Source of the DNA: Epiperipatus broadwayi
Taxonomy: Eukaryota > Animalia > Onychophora
Length of the DNA: 64,000 nucleotides
NCBI GenBank assembly: GCA_028023455.1
Contig: JAQFVV010000007.1
Location: forward strand, 7,440,001-7,504,000
Direction of reading: 5' to 3'
How positions within the stretch are numbered: the first letter of the stretch is position 1; the number at the start of each line of letters is the position of its first letter. This document shows, piece after piece, positions 49,071 through 63,800 of the stretch. The translations under genes and the position numbers were made by a program. The notes under the pieces are model-generated. The model did not search any database. It was not told the origin of the DNA and was given only the letters and a program-made list of their open reading frames with translations.

Positions 49071-52000
49071 TGATGGTTAGATAGAAAGGAGAAGTCTTTT
49101 GAAAAGTTTACTGCAGGGAAAAATAAAAATAGCCACACTGCAAAAGATGAAAGAAATAGAAAGAGTCTCTATATATGTGGTTCATCGATTTGTTTATATA
49201 AATAATGCAAAAATAAACTCTAGCATATACTTTATCTTTTTCTATTTCTCTTGGAGTTGGAATGGCTATACTTGTTTGTGCATTGCTACTACTAATAATA
49301 ATATTGATTAAAAGAGAATCCCATGTTATAATGGTTAGTACATACATCTTTAGGATAATCTGGGGATTGACATGGCTAAAACTTAATGTTTTAGTTCAGC
49401 TGTACAGAATTTCCAAGCTCACTCAAATTATTACTTGATAAATTCTTAGTTAGGGATTAAATCAGGAGTATGGGATTATAAAAACTATCAGCCAATTAAT
49501 TGTCCTTGCAAGTAATATCATCTTTACTGTCCTCTTGTGGTAGAATGCAGGAGAGGTCAGATGATGTTTTAGATTGTTTTACTCACAACCCAATTGATAT
49601 TTTAATTTCCAATAAGAAATACTTATCAATTTGATTTCTACTTTATTTACTTCCAAAAAAATGAAATTTTTATTTATTAAAACTAATATATTGTAATTGC
49701 TTTTTAAATAATAACAAAAGATAGCATTTAAAAATTGTAAAAAGAAGCAAATCCATCGGTTCTCATTTGAAGTAAGTTTAGCATAAAGATTCCTGACAGC
49801 CGAGTTTTGTGATTCAACAAATAATTAGAATTGTAAGCAAGAGCTTAAAATAATTGAATTTTAAATTTCTTTCCTGGAGGAAAAATCATGTCGTAATTCA
49901 ATCATTCAACCAACTGATTAGGCCTGGATGCATATATATAAATCCCCGATCAGAGAGCCCAGATGACATTAATTGTTACAAATTTCATTTTTAGTCTCCT
50001 CACCCCAAGCATCAAGTGGCACTGTAAAGTCAACTAGCGTCAGATAGTAATGGACTTGACTAGTCCTTTCTTTCGCAGAAATTGCTCCAAGCCTAACATT
50101 TTAACACGTGTACTCAAACTCCATTAATTTCCCTCTTTCCCCCAAAAATGCATAAAGAGAGAGAGAATAACAAAACTATTTAGAAGGATTTAAAAAAATT
50201 ATTTAAGAAAAGCCAGAAAAAAAAAAAAGGGAAGACAAGAAAGATAAAATTACATTATTTGATTTTTTTTTTTAAATAAGTGGATTATTCATTTTTAAAT
50301 ACAAGACAATAAAAATGTGCGTGCGCGCGCGTGTATAACATATACATTATCATTAGATGCAAAAAGTTATATTGGTTTTTATATTTTAATTTTGTTTAAT
50401 GTGAAACTTAATTTTCACTTCAACTATTTTAACGCTGTAGAATGTCTTCTATTTAGGTTAGATAATATAAAAAGTTCTGCTACAACATTAGGAGGGAACA
50501 AAAAGGTTTCTTTATTACGTCTACTATAATCTTTGTTAAATAATTGCAAATAAATTCTATATACTTTAATATAAAACATAAACTTATTTGGTTAACTAAT
50601 AATCATTATCTTTCTCATTTTACATTTTAAATTAGTTTAATAATCTCTAGGAATTTGAAATAATATAAATTCATCATCATCAGTATTATCAATCACTCAT
50701 AAATAAATATGGGCATTCCAACTCGAATGAAAATATATCAATAGTATACTAAAGATGTGGACTACACAAATCAATTTGTGAATTACAAACACATCCAAAT
50801 ATCGATCATATTAATAAATCCTTTTTTAAAAATTTGATATTTATTTTGTCATGCTAGCTTTTATCTTCAGCAGAAAACTTTTTATTTGCAAAGTACCTCA
50901 ATATTCTGTCTATAATATCATTTATGTTCTTTATTACTTTTACAATGCTGTTTACAAGCCATTATTGATGGTTTCGATTGCTCCAGCAAACTTCTTCAAA
51001 ACTATAACAAACACAGAAATACAAATATACACTAACAGATAATTTTACATTTCATGTATATTTGTATTCATGTATTAGTATTGTGTTTGTTTATAGTTCT
51101 GAAAAAGATTTTCAGGTCAATTAAAACTGTCAATAATGGTTTGTAAAAAGCATTGTAAAAGTAATAAAGAAAATAAAATGATATTAATATTATATGAATT
51201 TGGCAATGCAATAAGAAAGATAAAGTTATAACACTTCATAAAGGATATTTTTAGCTCTCCAATATATTCTAATCTCTTCCATATCTTCTTAATAAAAATA
51301 ATCAACATTGTACTTCTTTAGAATATCTTTATAATAAAGTGTGATTGCCTTTCTCATGAAAACAATGCTCAAGTTCACAATACAGCACTCTTTTAAGGAA
51401 GTGTTGTACTGCTCATTCATGCTCAATACAATAAGAATATGACTTTACAAAAATAGATTTTATAATATCACACAGAACATATCCAATGGTTTTATGATCT
51501 TCCATTGTGTTTTAAATATTTTACAAACACCACATAAGATATATTAATAAATTGATATGTGGATTGTATTTTATGTTCAAATTTTTTATTTTTTTCTGGA
51601 TTGTATTGTTGAAAGGAAGAATAAAATTTCTATTTTCAGTCTCCAATTTTTACATTTTTCATTCTAAACATGAGTTCAATAGATTAAATTAGTTTATGAA
51701 ATAAAGTATTAATTTGCCAACAAATAAAAATGATACAAGTAAATATTAATAAATACAAACAAAATTTTGATAATAAAAAATATAAAATGTTCAAAAATGA
51801 AAAAATAATGACTATTGTCAAATTTAGTATTTGTCATATGTATATTGCTAAAATATAATTTCAACCAATCAAAACTCATTAAAAGATTAAAATTGAAGTT
51901 ATAAATAAAATCATTGCAATTTGGGCAACTTTTGATAAGAGGTAGCTATATTTTCTTTAGCCTCTGATGTTCTTTCAACTCTGCTCCATAGCTGAAATTA

Positions 52001-52539
52001 CTTTTTTTTCTTTGAAAATCCTAGTAGCTCCTGACATTATAGTTAGAATAATTACATCATAAAAACTCATTTCCTAATTAAAATTGTTACTATTAAAAAT
52101 TGAAAATGAATTCTAGCCATTAGTATCAGATATTGTAACAACCATGCATGGTACAGTAACCATGCATGGAACAGTATGTAAAAAATATTAGTGAAAAGTT
52201 TCTGCAAAATTTTGACAATAATTTTATTTCAACAAGAATATTTAAATCTTATTTTCACACAATAAATAAGGTAAAATAAAATTTCTATATACAGCTAATT
52301 TAGATGCAACAGTTTCTTGACTGTGATGAAATACCTTACTTTCTATTATCTGAAATAATGTTAAAAGTTTAATAAAGTTAGTGACAAAAAAAATTTTTTT
52401 AAGACATATGAAGAGTAAGAATTTTAGGACAACTGTAATCCAATAAAATTGTATGTAATTAAAATAGTAATATCTAAGCAGCAGTTTAAAATAGAAATGA
52501 TAGATAAACTAGCAATTACAATAGCAAACTCTCCATACA

Positions 52540-52680
52540 GCAGTGCTCTCAAATCCAAGGATACTCATGGATAAGAATGCTGAATGAGTAAGGCACTAGA
52601 TAGAGATTTTATGCACAAACATTCTTGCATCTATTGATTATTAAGACTTGCACTGGGTGACACTATTGTATAAAAATTTT
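52540..52680 (+). mobile_element. Family C copy lacking the HHR core
   Basis: cagtgctctcaaatccaagg...gacactattgta; the segment carrying GAAACTAGTC is deleted. Confidence 0.7.
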
Positions 52681-53175
52681 GCTACTGTATTAGCAGCTTA
52701 TGGTGATCATATGATGTTTAAAGTTGAGAAGTGATCGAAGTAGTGAAGACAATCTTGAAAAGTATATAAAAAGAAAGGAAAAAGTTAATATTCCACAATT
52801 TTAATAAATAACTGACAGAATGAAGTAAGTCATCTAATAGGTCATTTAAAGAATTTAACACAGATAGGGCAATTAGAATGCAGATTGTTTATAAAATGTA
52901 AGCATAGTGAGAAAGGCTGGTTTGAGTAACTTTGCTGATAGATGGTTATGATATTGAAGAGTTGAGATGAGTACTATACTGATAAACAACAACAAAAACA
53001 ACATGAAAATATATATTTAGTAGAATGATTATTCATTCTTCTAAAAAGTGTACATAAACCAACAGTATAGTGAAAAATATCAAGCTGTCAGCATGGTTCA
53101 AAGATTCAGGAGTTTGATGTTTCTAACTCAAGTGATAAGTATAGTTTTATTAATAATTTTTATCAGTCATTCATT

Positions 53176-53835
53176 AGACTAAAGATTATTCATTTAATGA
53201 ATAATATTTATGTAATGTAATTTTCACTACAACATAAGGTAGAGACTGTTTTCCATCTGCTTTTCATGTCTTGTGGAGGGATGTAACCATAAACATATGA
53301 CAAGTGATAAATGCTGGTTTAGCATAAAATGTCCATCTTGAAAATTATATATCTTTTTCACATGTCTTTGGTTATATGTTTATGATTATACCACTGCACA
53401 AGATGTTAAAAGCAGATGGAAAACAGTCTCTATTTGCATGAGAGTGGTGTAGTAAAATTTACAATGCACAAATATTATTCATTAAGTACATAATCTCTGG
53501 TCTAAATTATTTATATACTTCCATCAAATGGTTTGTGTCAATGTTGTGAGGGTGGTAAGTTTGACACTTATCAATTGAATAGTAGTAACTGGCTGTCTAT
53601 ATATACTGAACAGTAATAAAGATATGTGCAAGAGATTGGAATCTGGAGCATCTGATCAATGTTGGTTCAGCAAGAAATGTGCATCCTTGGAATAACATAT
53701 CTCTTTCACATGTCTTTGACTATATGTTTATGATTATACCCCTCCACAAGTTGTTAAAATCAGCTAGAAACTGAACTCTACATTGCATGATAGTGGTGCA
53801 GTAAAAATGATACTACAGAAATGTTATTCAATAAA
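53176..53835. mobile_element. Older family A-related repeat: hairpin plus direct repeat with two degenerate HHRs
   Basis: Inverted arms 53176-53300 / 53370-53503; direct repeat about 53640-53835; HHR remnants at 53296-53345 and 53645-53692. Confidence 0.65.
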
Positions 53836-55804
53836 TGAAGATTTCATGTAAAATGCATTCATATTGGGAAATGATCATATGAGTTTTTGCACTGGTGTAT
53901 GGTTGCGAATTGAAACGGTATAAAAATAAAAACAAACAAATCATTGTATAATTCTCGACAAGTTTTAATTAGGAAAACTAAAGAAAAAAATCACCTGAAT
54001 AGATAAAGCGGAGGAAAACTTGATAAGTGAATGTTTCCAGGTAACTACCCCTGGTTGCTATTTGTTAATGCTATATATAGATATTGCAACAATTTTAAAT
54101 AATGACATAAAATAAAACCTTTGAATATTTTAAGTAATTACTTATTTAATAAAATATCAAATTAAACTACATAACGTACAAACTTACATTTTCTTTTATT
54201 AAGTAAAATAAAAAAAGAACAAGTCATTCTCAAAACTACTTCGACTATTAAAGAAAAAAACCAAGAACATTAAATTACATCTGTTTCAAGTAATATTGTT
54301 ATAATGTACTTGGGAAGAGAAAAAAAAGGATCACGTGATATAAAAACAAATCATCATTCATTAAAATGATTTTTTCATTTTCCTACTTTTTACAAATTTC
54401 ACTTTTATAACTCCGTGACTTGAGTCACTGTCAAGATGATATATGATAAGAGGAAAGCTTTCAACATGAAAAAGATCATACAATCGCAGCAGATAATGCG
54501 CTCGATAAAAAATGTCTATATATATACACGATGCGATGATCCTAGTTTCAATAAAAATTACAATAATGTCTTTTTTAATTTTTTAACTCTGAAAAACATA
54601 CTCAATTGTAGTTTAAAAAAGTAATAAAAAAGAAAAAAATGATTTATTACTATTAAAAAAATTGAAAGTGTGACACGAATAGTTTTTTTTTTCTTTACAT
54701 ACCTTGAACATATGTTTTGCAACCTCCTTCTCCCCTACTTCATCCCTAGCCAGTCACACGCATACGATTCATGTGTTAATCCGATGTTTAATACTGAAGC
54801 ATTTTATCTGAACTTCCAAGTCTACAGTGAGTGCAGTAGTAGACAGTTATCAATCCTCGGTTTTCCTATCTTTTCCAATGCTGGCATCTCCGGCTCTAGT
54901 ACAACTGTCAAACAATAAACCCATTCGATTATTTATTTATTTAATTTGTAGGTATCTATGTTCAGCTATATACATCAAATAAAGTAATATGGACTGTGTT
55001 TGAACTAGAGTTACAGCTGGTCATCACTGATCGTAGAGTATTATTCCTTTAGCATAACTTTATAATCTAGCAATTAATATTTTAAACTACATCTCACAAT
55101 TAAAAAAAATAAGCGAATGGCTTTACTGCTCAGGAATTCATATTAAGTTCGAGAACCGGAAATAATAGAACTGAAATCAATCCAAGATCTTACGCTCCAG
55201 TTGAATACTTTCCAACTCAATAAATAATGCATGGTATCTCACCATTCGTGAGCTTTGATAGCTAGTCCTTCACTTTACAACATTCATGTTTTTGATCGGC
55301 ACTATAATTCATAAACCATTCATTCATATTGTCTTATGTTTTTTTTTTTTTTTTAAATAGATAAATAGTCATTAATGTGCTTCCAAAAGACATTATGTAA
55401 TATTTGCAGAACTAAATGGTAGGCTAAGCATAACTGTTCTACCGACATGATACATTTTTTTCACAATTATTCAATTAACAATTAATCTAGAAATAGTGAG
55501 AGTTAACTCTGTCTATTTACCAGTGGGCTAAACGGCGAAGAAAATTGTTAAAATTATAAAATATGTATCTGAGTAAATAGTTTTAAGCAGTAATAAGAAA
55601 AATGATACAATTTTTACAATAAGTTTTAAATAAAATCATTACAATAAAAAAACAAACATTGCCTATAAGAAATGAATATATTTCTTCATATGATGTTTTA
55701 CCTGCAATTTCTAATTATGAATATACAAATGTATTAATTTCTGTTAATTTTTCCCCCAATAATTTAGTAATTATAAATAACAAATCTATTTCACCTATTC
55801 CAGA

Positions 55805-56055
55805 TTCTGCCATCTATTGTAAGCTTGAGTAATTAATACATGCCAGATGATAATGCTTCATTAATTCCTATTTAGTGCAACCACAATTATATCTCCAGAG
55901 TTTGTATGACGTTCATCAAATAAAAGATGTTGGACTTGCTGAAAGTCATAAGCTGGAAACAGGTTTGGTGATATAGATGGAACAGAAGTGTTAAAGAATT
56001 TATTAGAAACTACCATCTCACATCTATTGATTATTCAAGCTTACACAAGGTGGAA
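55805..56055. mobile_element. Imperfect MITE-like hairpin
   Basis: ccatctattgtaagcttgagtaattaata pairs with tattgattattcaagcttacacaaggtgg; the same end sequence recurs at 62929-62958. Confidence 0.55.
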
Positions 56056-57479
56056 ATAATGTGGTGGAGGAAATAGCTTTCCTATTTAAAAGTAATATAT
56101 AGGCAGAGATCATATGGCTTTGTTATTGTTGTATAACAATCTAGGGATGTGGATGGTACAACAGTGTAAAATGATTTCTTGAGTAATTACTGAAGCTTTC
56201 AAAAGACATTAGAATTGGTTAGAAGTAGATTTGCTATTTAAAAGTGATGTGAACACAAATGCCATATTTATGTTTTGTTGATGTATAGGTAATTTTATCT
56301 AGAATTATAGGTAATTCTATTTAGAATTATAAGTTTACCAAGATTTTTTAAAAATAACATTTTAAAATAAAAACCAGTTATTAATACAGTTAATGATGAA
56401 TTTTAATTTAGTGGTAAAATAAAGATGTTTTATTCAAAACAAACTATTTTCAATAGATAAAAAAAACATCCTAAATAAAATATATATATATATTTAGGGA
56501 TTCATTGATTTCTTAGATAGCTTTCATGGTTATCATTTAACAGATATGTTAATAATGTTTAGTCAAGTCTCTCTATTTCTGACAGAATTCATATTTTATT
56601 AACATAAATGGCATGCTTTGTTAATTTAATATATAAATAAATGTTTGATGAATTAGATGTTTCAGCACAAAACAACAACTAATAACAAAACAATACATCT
56701 ATAGAAACATTAAAGCAGACTACTACACCATTACATCACTAAAACAAAGTATCCAAACTAAATATTTTGCAAGCATAAAAATATCCCTTTATATAATAAT
56801 GGCAATTTGGTTGGTGAGATGCAACAAAATCTCCAACCACCCACATCAAAACAATTTTTTTTTTATTAGTAACAAATTAAAGGAATTCAGGAGAGATCTA
56901 AATCTGGCACCTATGATTAAACACAAAGATACATGGAGCCTCATAAATGAAGATTGACTTAGAAGATTAAAGAACTAACAAATAGCACACTGACATAGTA
57001 TAGACATCAAGATCCAATAGACCGGTCAATAAACATTAATGTATATATAAAGCCTTAATAAATATATTGAGAAATAAAAAAAACAACAATTGATCTGTCA
57101 AAGTGCGCAGACCAGACATGAAATTTCATAAATGGCATAGTATTCTAAAGAAATTTTATTTTGGAACTTAAATATATTTCTAAATTCTAAGAATATTTTT
57201 TTTTAGAATGTCATGACACTTATCAATTAATAATAAAATTAACCATCATAAAAGACATATTTTTGCTGATAACAAAAATCTTAAATTGCCAATCATTTAT
57301 TTTCATATATAAATATGATGTAAATTTTAATAAAATATGAATTCCATCAAAAATTTACTGATATAACCAGATTATTAAAATTGCAAAAAAAATTAAAAGA
57401 CTCTATAACATGAATTAAAAGCCTGAATTAAATAATATCAATCATATTTGGAAAAAAAAAAACCATAAAGGCAAAAAAC

Positions 57480-57850
57480 ATTAGTTAGAAGTGAAATACC
57501 AATGATATTTAAAACTGAGAAAAAAATTAAAAAGTTTCTCATATGATGACTATGAAGAATTATCTAGAAGTGATGACATATGCTTTAAGATTTGGAAATG
57601 GAGTGCTTTGAAATGGTAAAAAAAATCAGAATTTTTTATATAGAATTTGAAAATAAATATTTAGATATGCATGGGAATGTGAGCTGTGGATACAAAATGA
57701 AACTATTCATGGTAAAATGGCATAGACTTCTGTTTTAATGAGGAAAATTAAATTTAAAATATTTGGAAGATTACAACATGTAAATAAAAATAGATTGGTA
57801 AAAATAGTGTTTGATTGGATTATGTAGACAGAGTAAGAAAAACCTTGCAA
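57480..57850 (+). mobile_element. Decayed family E-like LINE fragment
   Basis: VMTYALRFGNGVL and IFGRLQHVNKNRLVKIVFDW, the latter homologous to the 48.9-kb fragment. Confidence 0.6.
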
Positions 57851-60624
57851 TGTACAAAATTAATAGACAATTTATTACCACTTATCTATATAAGAAAAAA
57901 AAAACAGATCCATCTGAAATGACTATCTATATTGTAACTAATGGTAGTTAAAGTTTTACATATAGTCCATACACCAATTTTTATGCATTATTTCAGATTT
58001 GCATACAATTTTCATGTTATTATTCAACTATCTTATAAAAGATGTTAATGTAGATAAATAATAATTGATATTTTATATTAAATGCTTTTATTTAACTTAC
58101 AAATTCTGATTTAGTTGTTTGGTTAAAATCTTGTATTTGTTTTTTACCATACTTATATTGAGTAGATTTTCTTCAAGTGTTAGTAATCAGTGTCAGTGCA
58201 ATATTTTAGAGTTGTTCCAGTTACTTGTCTAGTATAACAGGATTGTCAAGCTTAATTTCAAACTGTGTTGATATGTTTTCAACAATGTGCAACAAATGCC
58301 ACTGTATTTTTCAAGTAGAAATAAAATAAAATGAAGGATAAAATCTTAATTTCTCTTGATTGTTGGAGTAAACTTTTTTTTTACAATACTGTCTTTATAA
58401 AGACAAAATTTTAGTAAACAATTTTTAAGATGTGCAAATTTAATTCCAAATACTGGAAATACAATGGCATTGTTTTGATTGTCAGTTTCTAAATTTGAAT
58501 ACAAAACATCTGATGCAAAATATTCATATATTAAAAAATAAAAATAATATATATATAGAAAATTTATAAAGAAACACTTTTATTTAATTTGATCAGTAAT
58601 GCACTAAAAATCAAAAAAACAATTTTTTCATCAACCACAATTTTGTTCAACTATAAGAATTAAATTATGATTGAAGACAAAAAAATAGTTTTTAGATTTA
58701 AATTGAATTAAATAAAAGTATTTTTTTTATAAAATATTTTCTATATATACATATATTATTTCATCACCTACATTTTCATACTAACTCAATTATAATGAGT
58801 TTACAAAAATTATATTCTATTCTATAAATATCTCTCTATAAACTACAACATCTAAACATGCACCCCGAAAATATCCATTGTAGGCATAAGCTCTGAAATG
58901 AAAATGAAGATGTCTAAAACGAATAAAATTTAAGATATAGCTTGCTTTTAACTTTTGTGAATTGCTATTGCTTCTTAATTTGTAAAATATGAACTATGGA
59001 AATAAAATGGATAAACATTTTTCTATTTCATATTAATTCAAAACTTTAGTTAATTATCTCTGCCATAACAGTTTGATTAAACCCTGTAATGTTTTTGGAT
59101 AGATTTTGACATTTTAGGCATTACAATGATACTGCAATTGGTATATGCTCTACATTGTTTAAGCCTATCTATAATCTTATAATTAGCGGTGATTTGCAGC
59201 TTCCTTTTTTCCTGCAGTGGAAATTTTAATATATTAGCTGAAAAATGTGAAAATGTCAGCATTATATGGACTTTTTACATTATTGATACTATTCTATTAA
59301 CAAGATAAAACCATGAGAGAGGTAACATAAAAGTCAACAGAAATGAGAATCTATGATTGGCTGTGTGTTTTAACCCAAGGTGAAATGACTGACTTGTAAA
59401 GAGAAATTGTAACTTTCAGTAATTTGTTTATAAATTAAAGGTTATGCTACAATATTTTTGTAAAAGACTTAGTTTTAAACCAAAAACTACATCAGTAATA
59501 AAAGATGGTCTTAAAAACATTTATTTTTAAAAAGACAACTATTAAAAAGTTTGTTACAGCATAACCAAGCAGTTTTCTACTTTCCGAATATAGAATTGTC
59601 TCTGTCAAATAGTAGTCATTAAAAAATTTTTTAATAATAAATAATATTTTTAGTTTTAATTTTCTTTTAATTGATGATAACTAACCCTAAATTTATTTTA
59701 GTTTTAAATAACACAGAATTAAAATATCTAATATTTTGTTTTATTAATATTTTGAATAGGAAAATTTGTCCAATGACTATCTAATAATTTATTTTAGTAA
59801 CTTTTTGAATAAATAAATATATCCAATGATGCCAGTCTCCATTGTTGTGGATAAAAACTCTTTAAAAATGTATTTTGAATTTTTTAAAATGTCAAATATT
59901 AACTTTTAAAATGTATATCACTTGAAAGCATACATTTGTAATAGATAATGTTAAGATTATCAATATAAAAAAAGATTTAATTGTAAAAATAAAATGTTCA
60001 AATATAGAGGAACATTACACACATTAGGTCTTATCGAAAATAGACAGGCGGAGAAATTGTTATAGTCATGTTCCTTTAAATTACACTTCTACAGTCACTT
60101 ACTGAGATATTTCATAATTTTTTAAAAACAAAAATAGCAAAATGGTGTGCTTCCAAATACTGATTAGCCAGAATAACTGAATAGGCACAAGATCAGTATA
60201 TTTCAGTCATGCCTCCACAGCTTTAAAGGATTTAGTCCTTAATAACTCATTTTGAGACCAATTGCACAATTTGCAAAATTACTTTGAAAAAATAATTATT
60301 AAAAATCAAAAGTATACATGCTCACATTTTTATTTTATATGAATATGTTTTATTTTTAAAATTAGAAAGTAATAACTTCTAGTGTAACATTAACAATCAC
60401 CATACTCTGTGAAACTAATTGCTAATATATCATTACTAACACTGTGTTAGGATCTTTTGAGATATTCTAAAAATTATAAAGCACAAATTTTAATCAAAAA
60501 CGATTTTTGTTCCTTTTTTCTGAAGTCACTATACTCAATCTGTTCAATAACGAAACCATAATAAGAGTACCATATTCTCTATACAGTAATGCCCCCAAGT
60601 GCAAACTATATAGTTAACCAAATA

Positions 60625-60880
60625 AGTAAAAGGTGGCTGTTGCATTGGATCCTAAGATATAGGTACAGTGCTCTCCGATCCAAGGCTCCTCACTGATGAA
60701 AACCACAAACTAGAAACTAGTCTGGTAATGTTGAATGAGTTGACACTAGATAGGGATTTTTTGCACAAACACCTTCCTGCATTCATTGATTACAAAGGCT
60801 TTTGGTGGCACTACTGTATGAAGAGACTGGTACAATTATTAACAGCATGTGTAAGCATATAAAATGGTAATCATGTGATA
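60625..60880 (+). mobile_element. Family C copy with 3' extension
   Basis: Homologous to 2555-2700 and 48997-49070. Confidence 0.78.
60687..60728 (+). ncRNA. Minimal type I hammerhead ribozyme (family C)
   Basis: tcctca CTGATGA aaaccacaaacta GAAA ctag TC tggtaa; core intact, stems I and II eroded. Confidence 0.55.
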
Positions 60881-63800
60881 ATGGAAACATTATTTGTTTT
60901 CATTACAAATACATTTTTTAATATTTGCAAAGTCCAAATATAACTTTTTAGATGTTTTTTATTATTTGTAAACATATATTTCTACCAAATCAAGTCCAAA
61001 GTGACACCAGGGAAAGAATAAACTTGTTGCAATATGATAAGAATTAATAAAACAAATGGAATATATATATATATCAATGTTATTTACCAATCTGAAAATA
61101 GATGCTAAGATTATGCTGGATTAATATTTAATTTAAAGTTTTCAAAAATATTTCTATCATCACAAACTAAATAATAAAAAAATTATCACAAACAATCATG
61201 TATCATGATTTTTTTAGGAATACTAATATAAATAAATTTTGAATTAAAACAAATTTATCACAGATTCACTGACGAATAATCTCATTGTTCATACAACTGC
61301 TTAAATGTTGGCTGATACATTTTATCATTTGAATTTAATATATTTCTGGGTCCCACCTCAAAATCTAATATAAATTCTAAACATAATATAACACATTAAG
61401 TTGCAACCAGCACACATATATTGAGAGAAAGGGTGACAAATATAGCAAATTAATCTTCAGTATATATACATTCATATCCAATTACATTTAATAATTTTAT
61501 CCTTAAATTTATGAATACTATTGCAACTTTAGCTTGAAGCACTACTAGACATGTTCAAATTTTGGTAATATTATACGATGTAATTCAAACAGAAAAATAA
61601 TGATTGGAAAGATTAACATGGAGAAGATATAGAGCATGACCAGCAATGAGATGAAAAAACTTCATGCTCACAATAATAAATGTGCTATTGATAATTCTGA
61701 TAAACTCAAAAAATCAAAGAGATTCTGAAAAAATACCATTCATAAGACGGAGTCGACATCGACTTAACCCTTCTATAATGACATCATCATACACTAGATT
61801 TACTTCTGGATAGTTTTATGTTCACTTTATTTCGCTCGTCATTATACATTTTTATGGTTTTTAAAATCTGCTTCTCTTGATAAATGAACTTTCGCTGTCT
61901 TATAAAAATTTTATACTTTCAACTTAAACATAAATTGTGAAGTCATTTTTACGAATATATTTTCCAAAAAAAAACAACAACTTAATGATATATATTCGCA
62001 AATAAGCAAAATAAAAATGCTAAATCTTTAAAAAAATGCATTTCAGAGTCAACGTAAAATTTTTTTTATACATAAAATGTTAAATACTTTTTGATTTAGA
62101 TTTTAAAAATTAAAAAAATTCTCATCTTCTAAAGCAATCTTTATTAGAGATATATTGTGTGAACGCATATAAAATTTCCTTTCTTTAGTGTGAGACTAAA
62201 TGCTCTCTTCCAAAGATTAATTTCAACAATCTATCAGATCTTTGTTGCTCAAAATCTTAATAATGCAATAACTTTTTTAAATATCCGTAAAAACTCTATT
62301 ACTAATGAGCCATAAATGTAAAATGAATTGCTTCATTACTTAAAATCTGAATTATGAAGCTCTGACGAGCAAAACAACAACTTCCAACTTTTCTTTCATT
62401 CTTAGCATGAAAAAAAAAGACTGATAACTACACCCCTCCCTCTCTGACTTTAACTTCAGCACTGAGATGAAGCACTCTAGTGTCACAGCTGAACTACAGT
62501 AAGACATTTCCTGAAAGTGAAACAGGAAACTAGACCAGAGTTCTGAGTCCAGCGACTAACAAAAAGCATTAGGCAGGAGCTGCCTCAGGAAATAACAAAT
62601 CAGATCAGAACTAATCAACCAATCAGGTAGCTTTATTCAAAATTCCTCAACATAAATTCTTTACCAAATGATTTTAAATCAAACTATCTATTTATTTATT
62701 CTATACAGAAAAGTTTCATCAATCATATTGTTCTGAAAAAAAAAAAATGTAAATTTCTTTACCAATTAAAAAATTTCATTTTAATTAAATAAGTATATCT
62801 TTTTATATAAATGACCTTAGGGTTTACTTCATAAATTTATTAAAGCAATCAAAAACAAAAAAAAAAATATCATGGTCAAATATCTTTTTTTAATCATATA
62901 ATTAATGATTAAAACTTAAATTCTATCACCATCTAGTATAAGCTTGAGTAATTAATAATTTACTAGGTGTTAATTTAAGTCTCCATCTTCAGATCAGTTC
63001 CTGGATTTTCCCTTATCAATGAGACATCCTGGTATTCAAACTTGGAAGCAATGTCATTACACACCAACCAAATATCCTTAATCCTATTTTACTATTCAAG
63101 TGAAGAGCTGATTACTGACACATTATTACATGTAAATTCCTATCTTCAAATGAGTTGCTGATTTTGCCTTTGTCAATCAGATCTTGGAAATCACAGTTGG
63201 AAGCAATGCAGTTAAGCATCCAGAAACCACTGCCAATTCTCTTTCCAGTCAAAGATTTGAAATTCAAACTGATGCCACTAGGGGAGTTGCTCTTGTTAAA
63301 GGTACTCTGCAAGCTGAAGAACTATTTTTTTTTTGTTTTTATTGAATAATGTTTCTGATATTTCTTAAAGCTTTACATTAAATAAAAACTAATGTAAGTA
63401 CTTTAATAAGTCTATAATGATTAATGTTACAATATCAAAATGAAGCAAAGTGTCCTTATGTTTGCTGGCCTTTCATAATAACCTATGTGAGATTATTTTA
63501 AGCTGTTAACAGTTTGTGTTTTTTCTGAATTTTATAGAATATAATATATGATAAAATTTTTCTATTATTATTAATTGTATATTTCCCTCTTAAATACTTG
63601 TAACTATATTGACTTTATTTTATTTTAGTCATGTGCTCTTTTTCTCAGTGACAGATAGAAAAAATAAATGTGTCTATAGTGTAAGGATAGTATGATTCAG
63701 TCTTTGTGGTTGGTTATGATATCAATATCATAATGAAAAAATAAGTAAACAAATTAATAATAAGGAGATGAAAGAAAGCAGATGTTTTCCTTTTAATATT

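Noticed and set aside
51117-51308. YIGE motif suggesting a Penelope GIY-YIG endonuclease
   Set aside because: No upstream GIY/VY motif or downstream R...EH; no autonomous Penelope ORF was found in the window.
61765-61800. TTAA|CCCTT piggyBac-like end
   Set aside because: No matching opposite terminus in the window.
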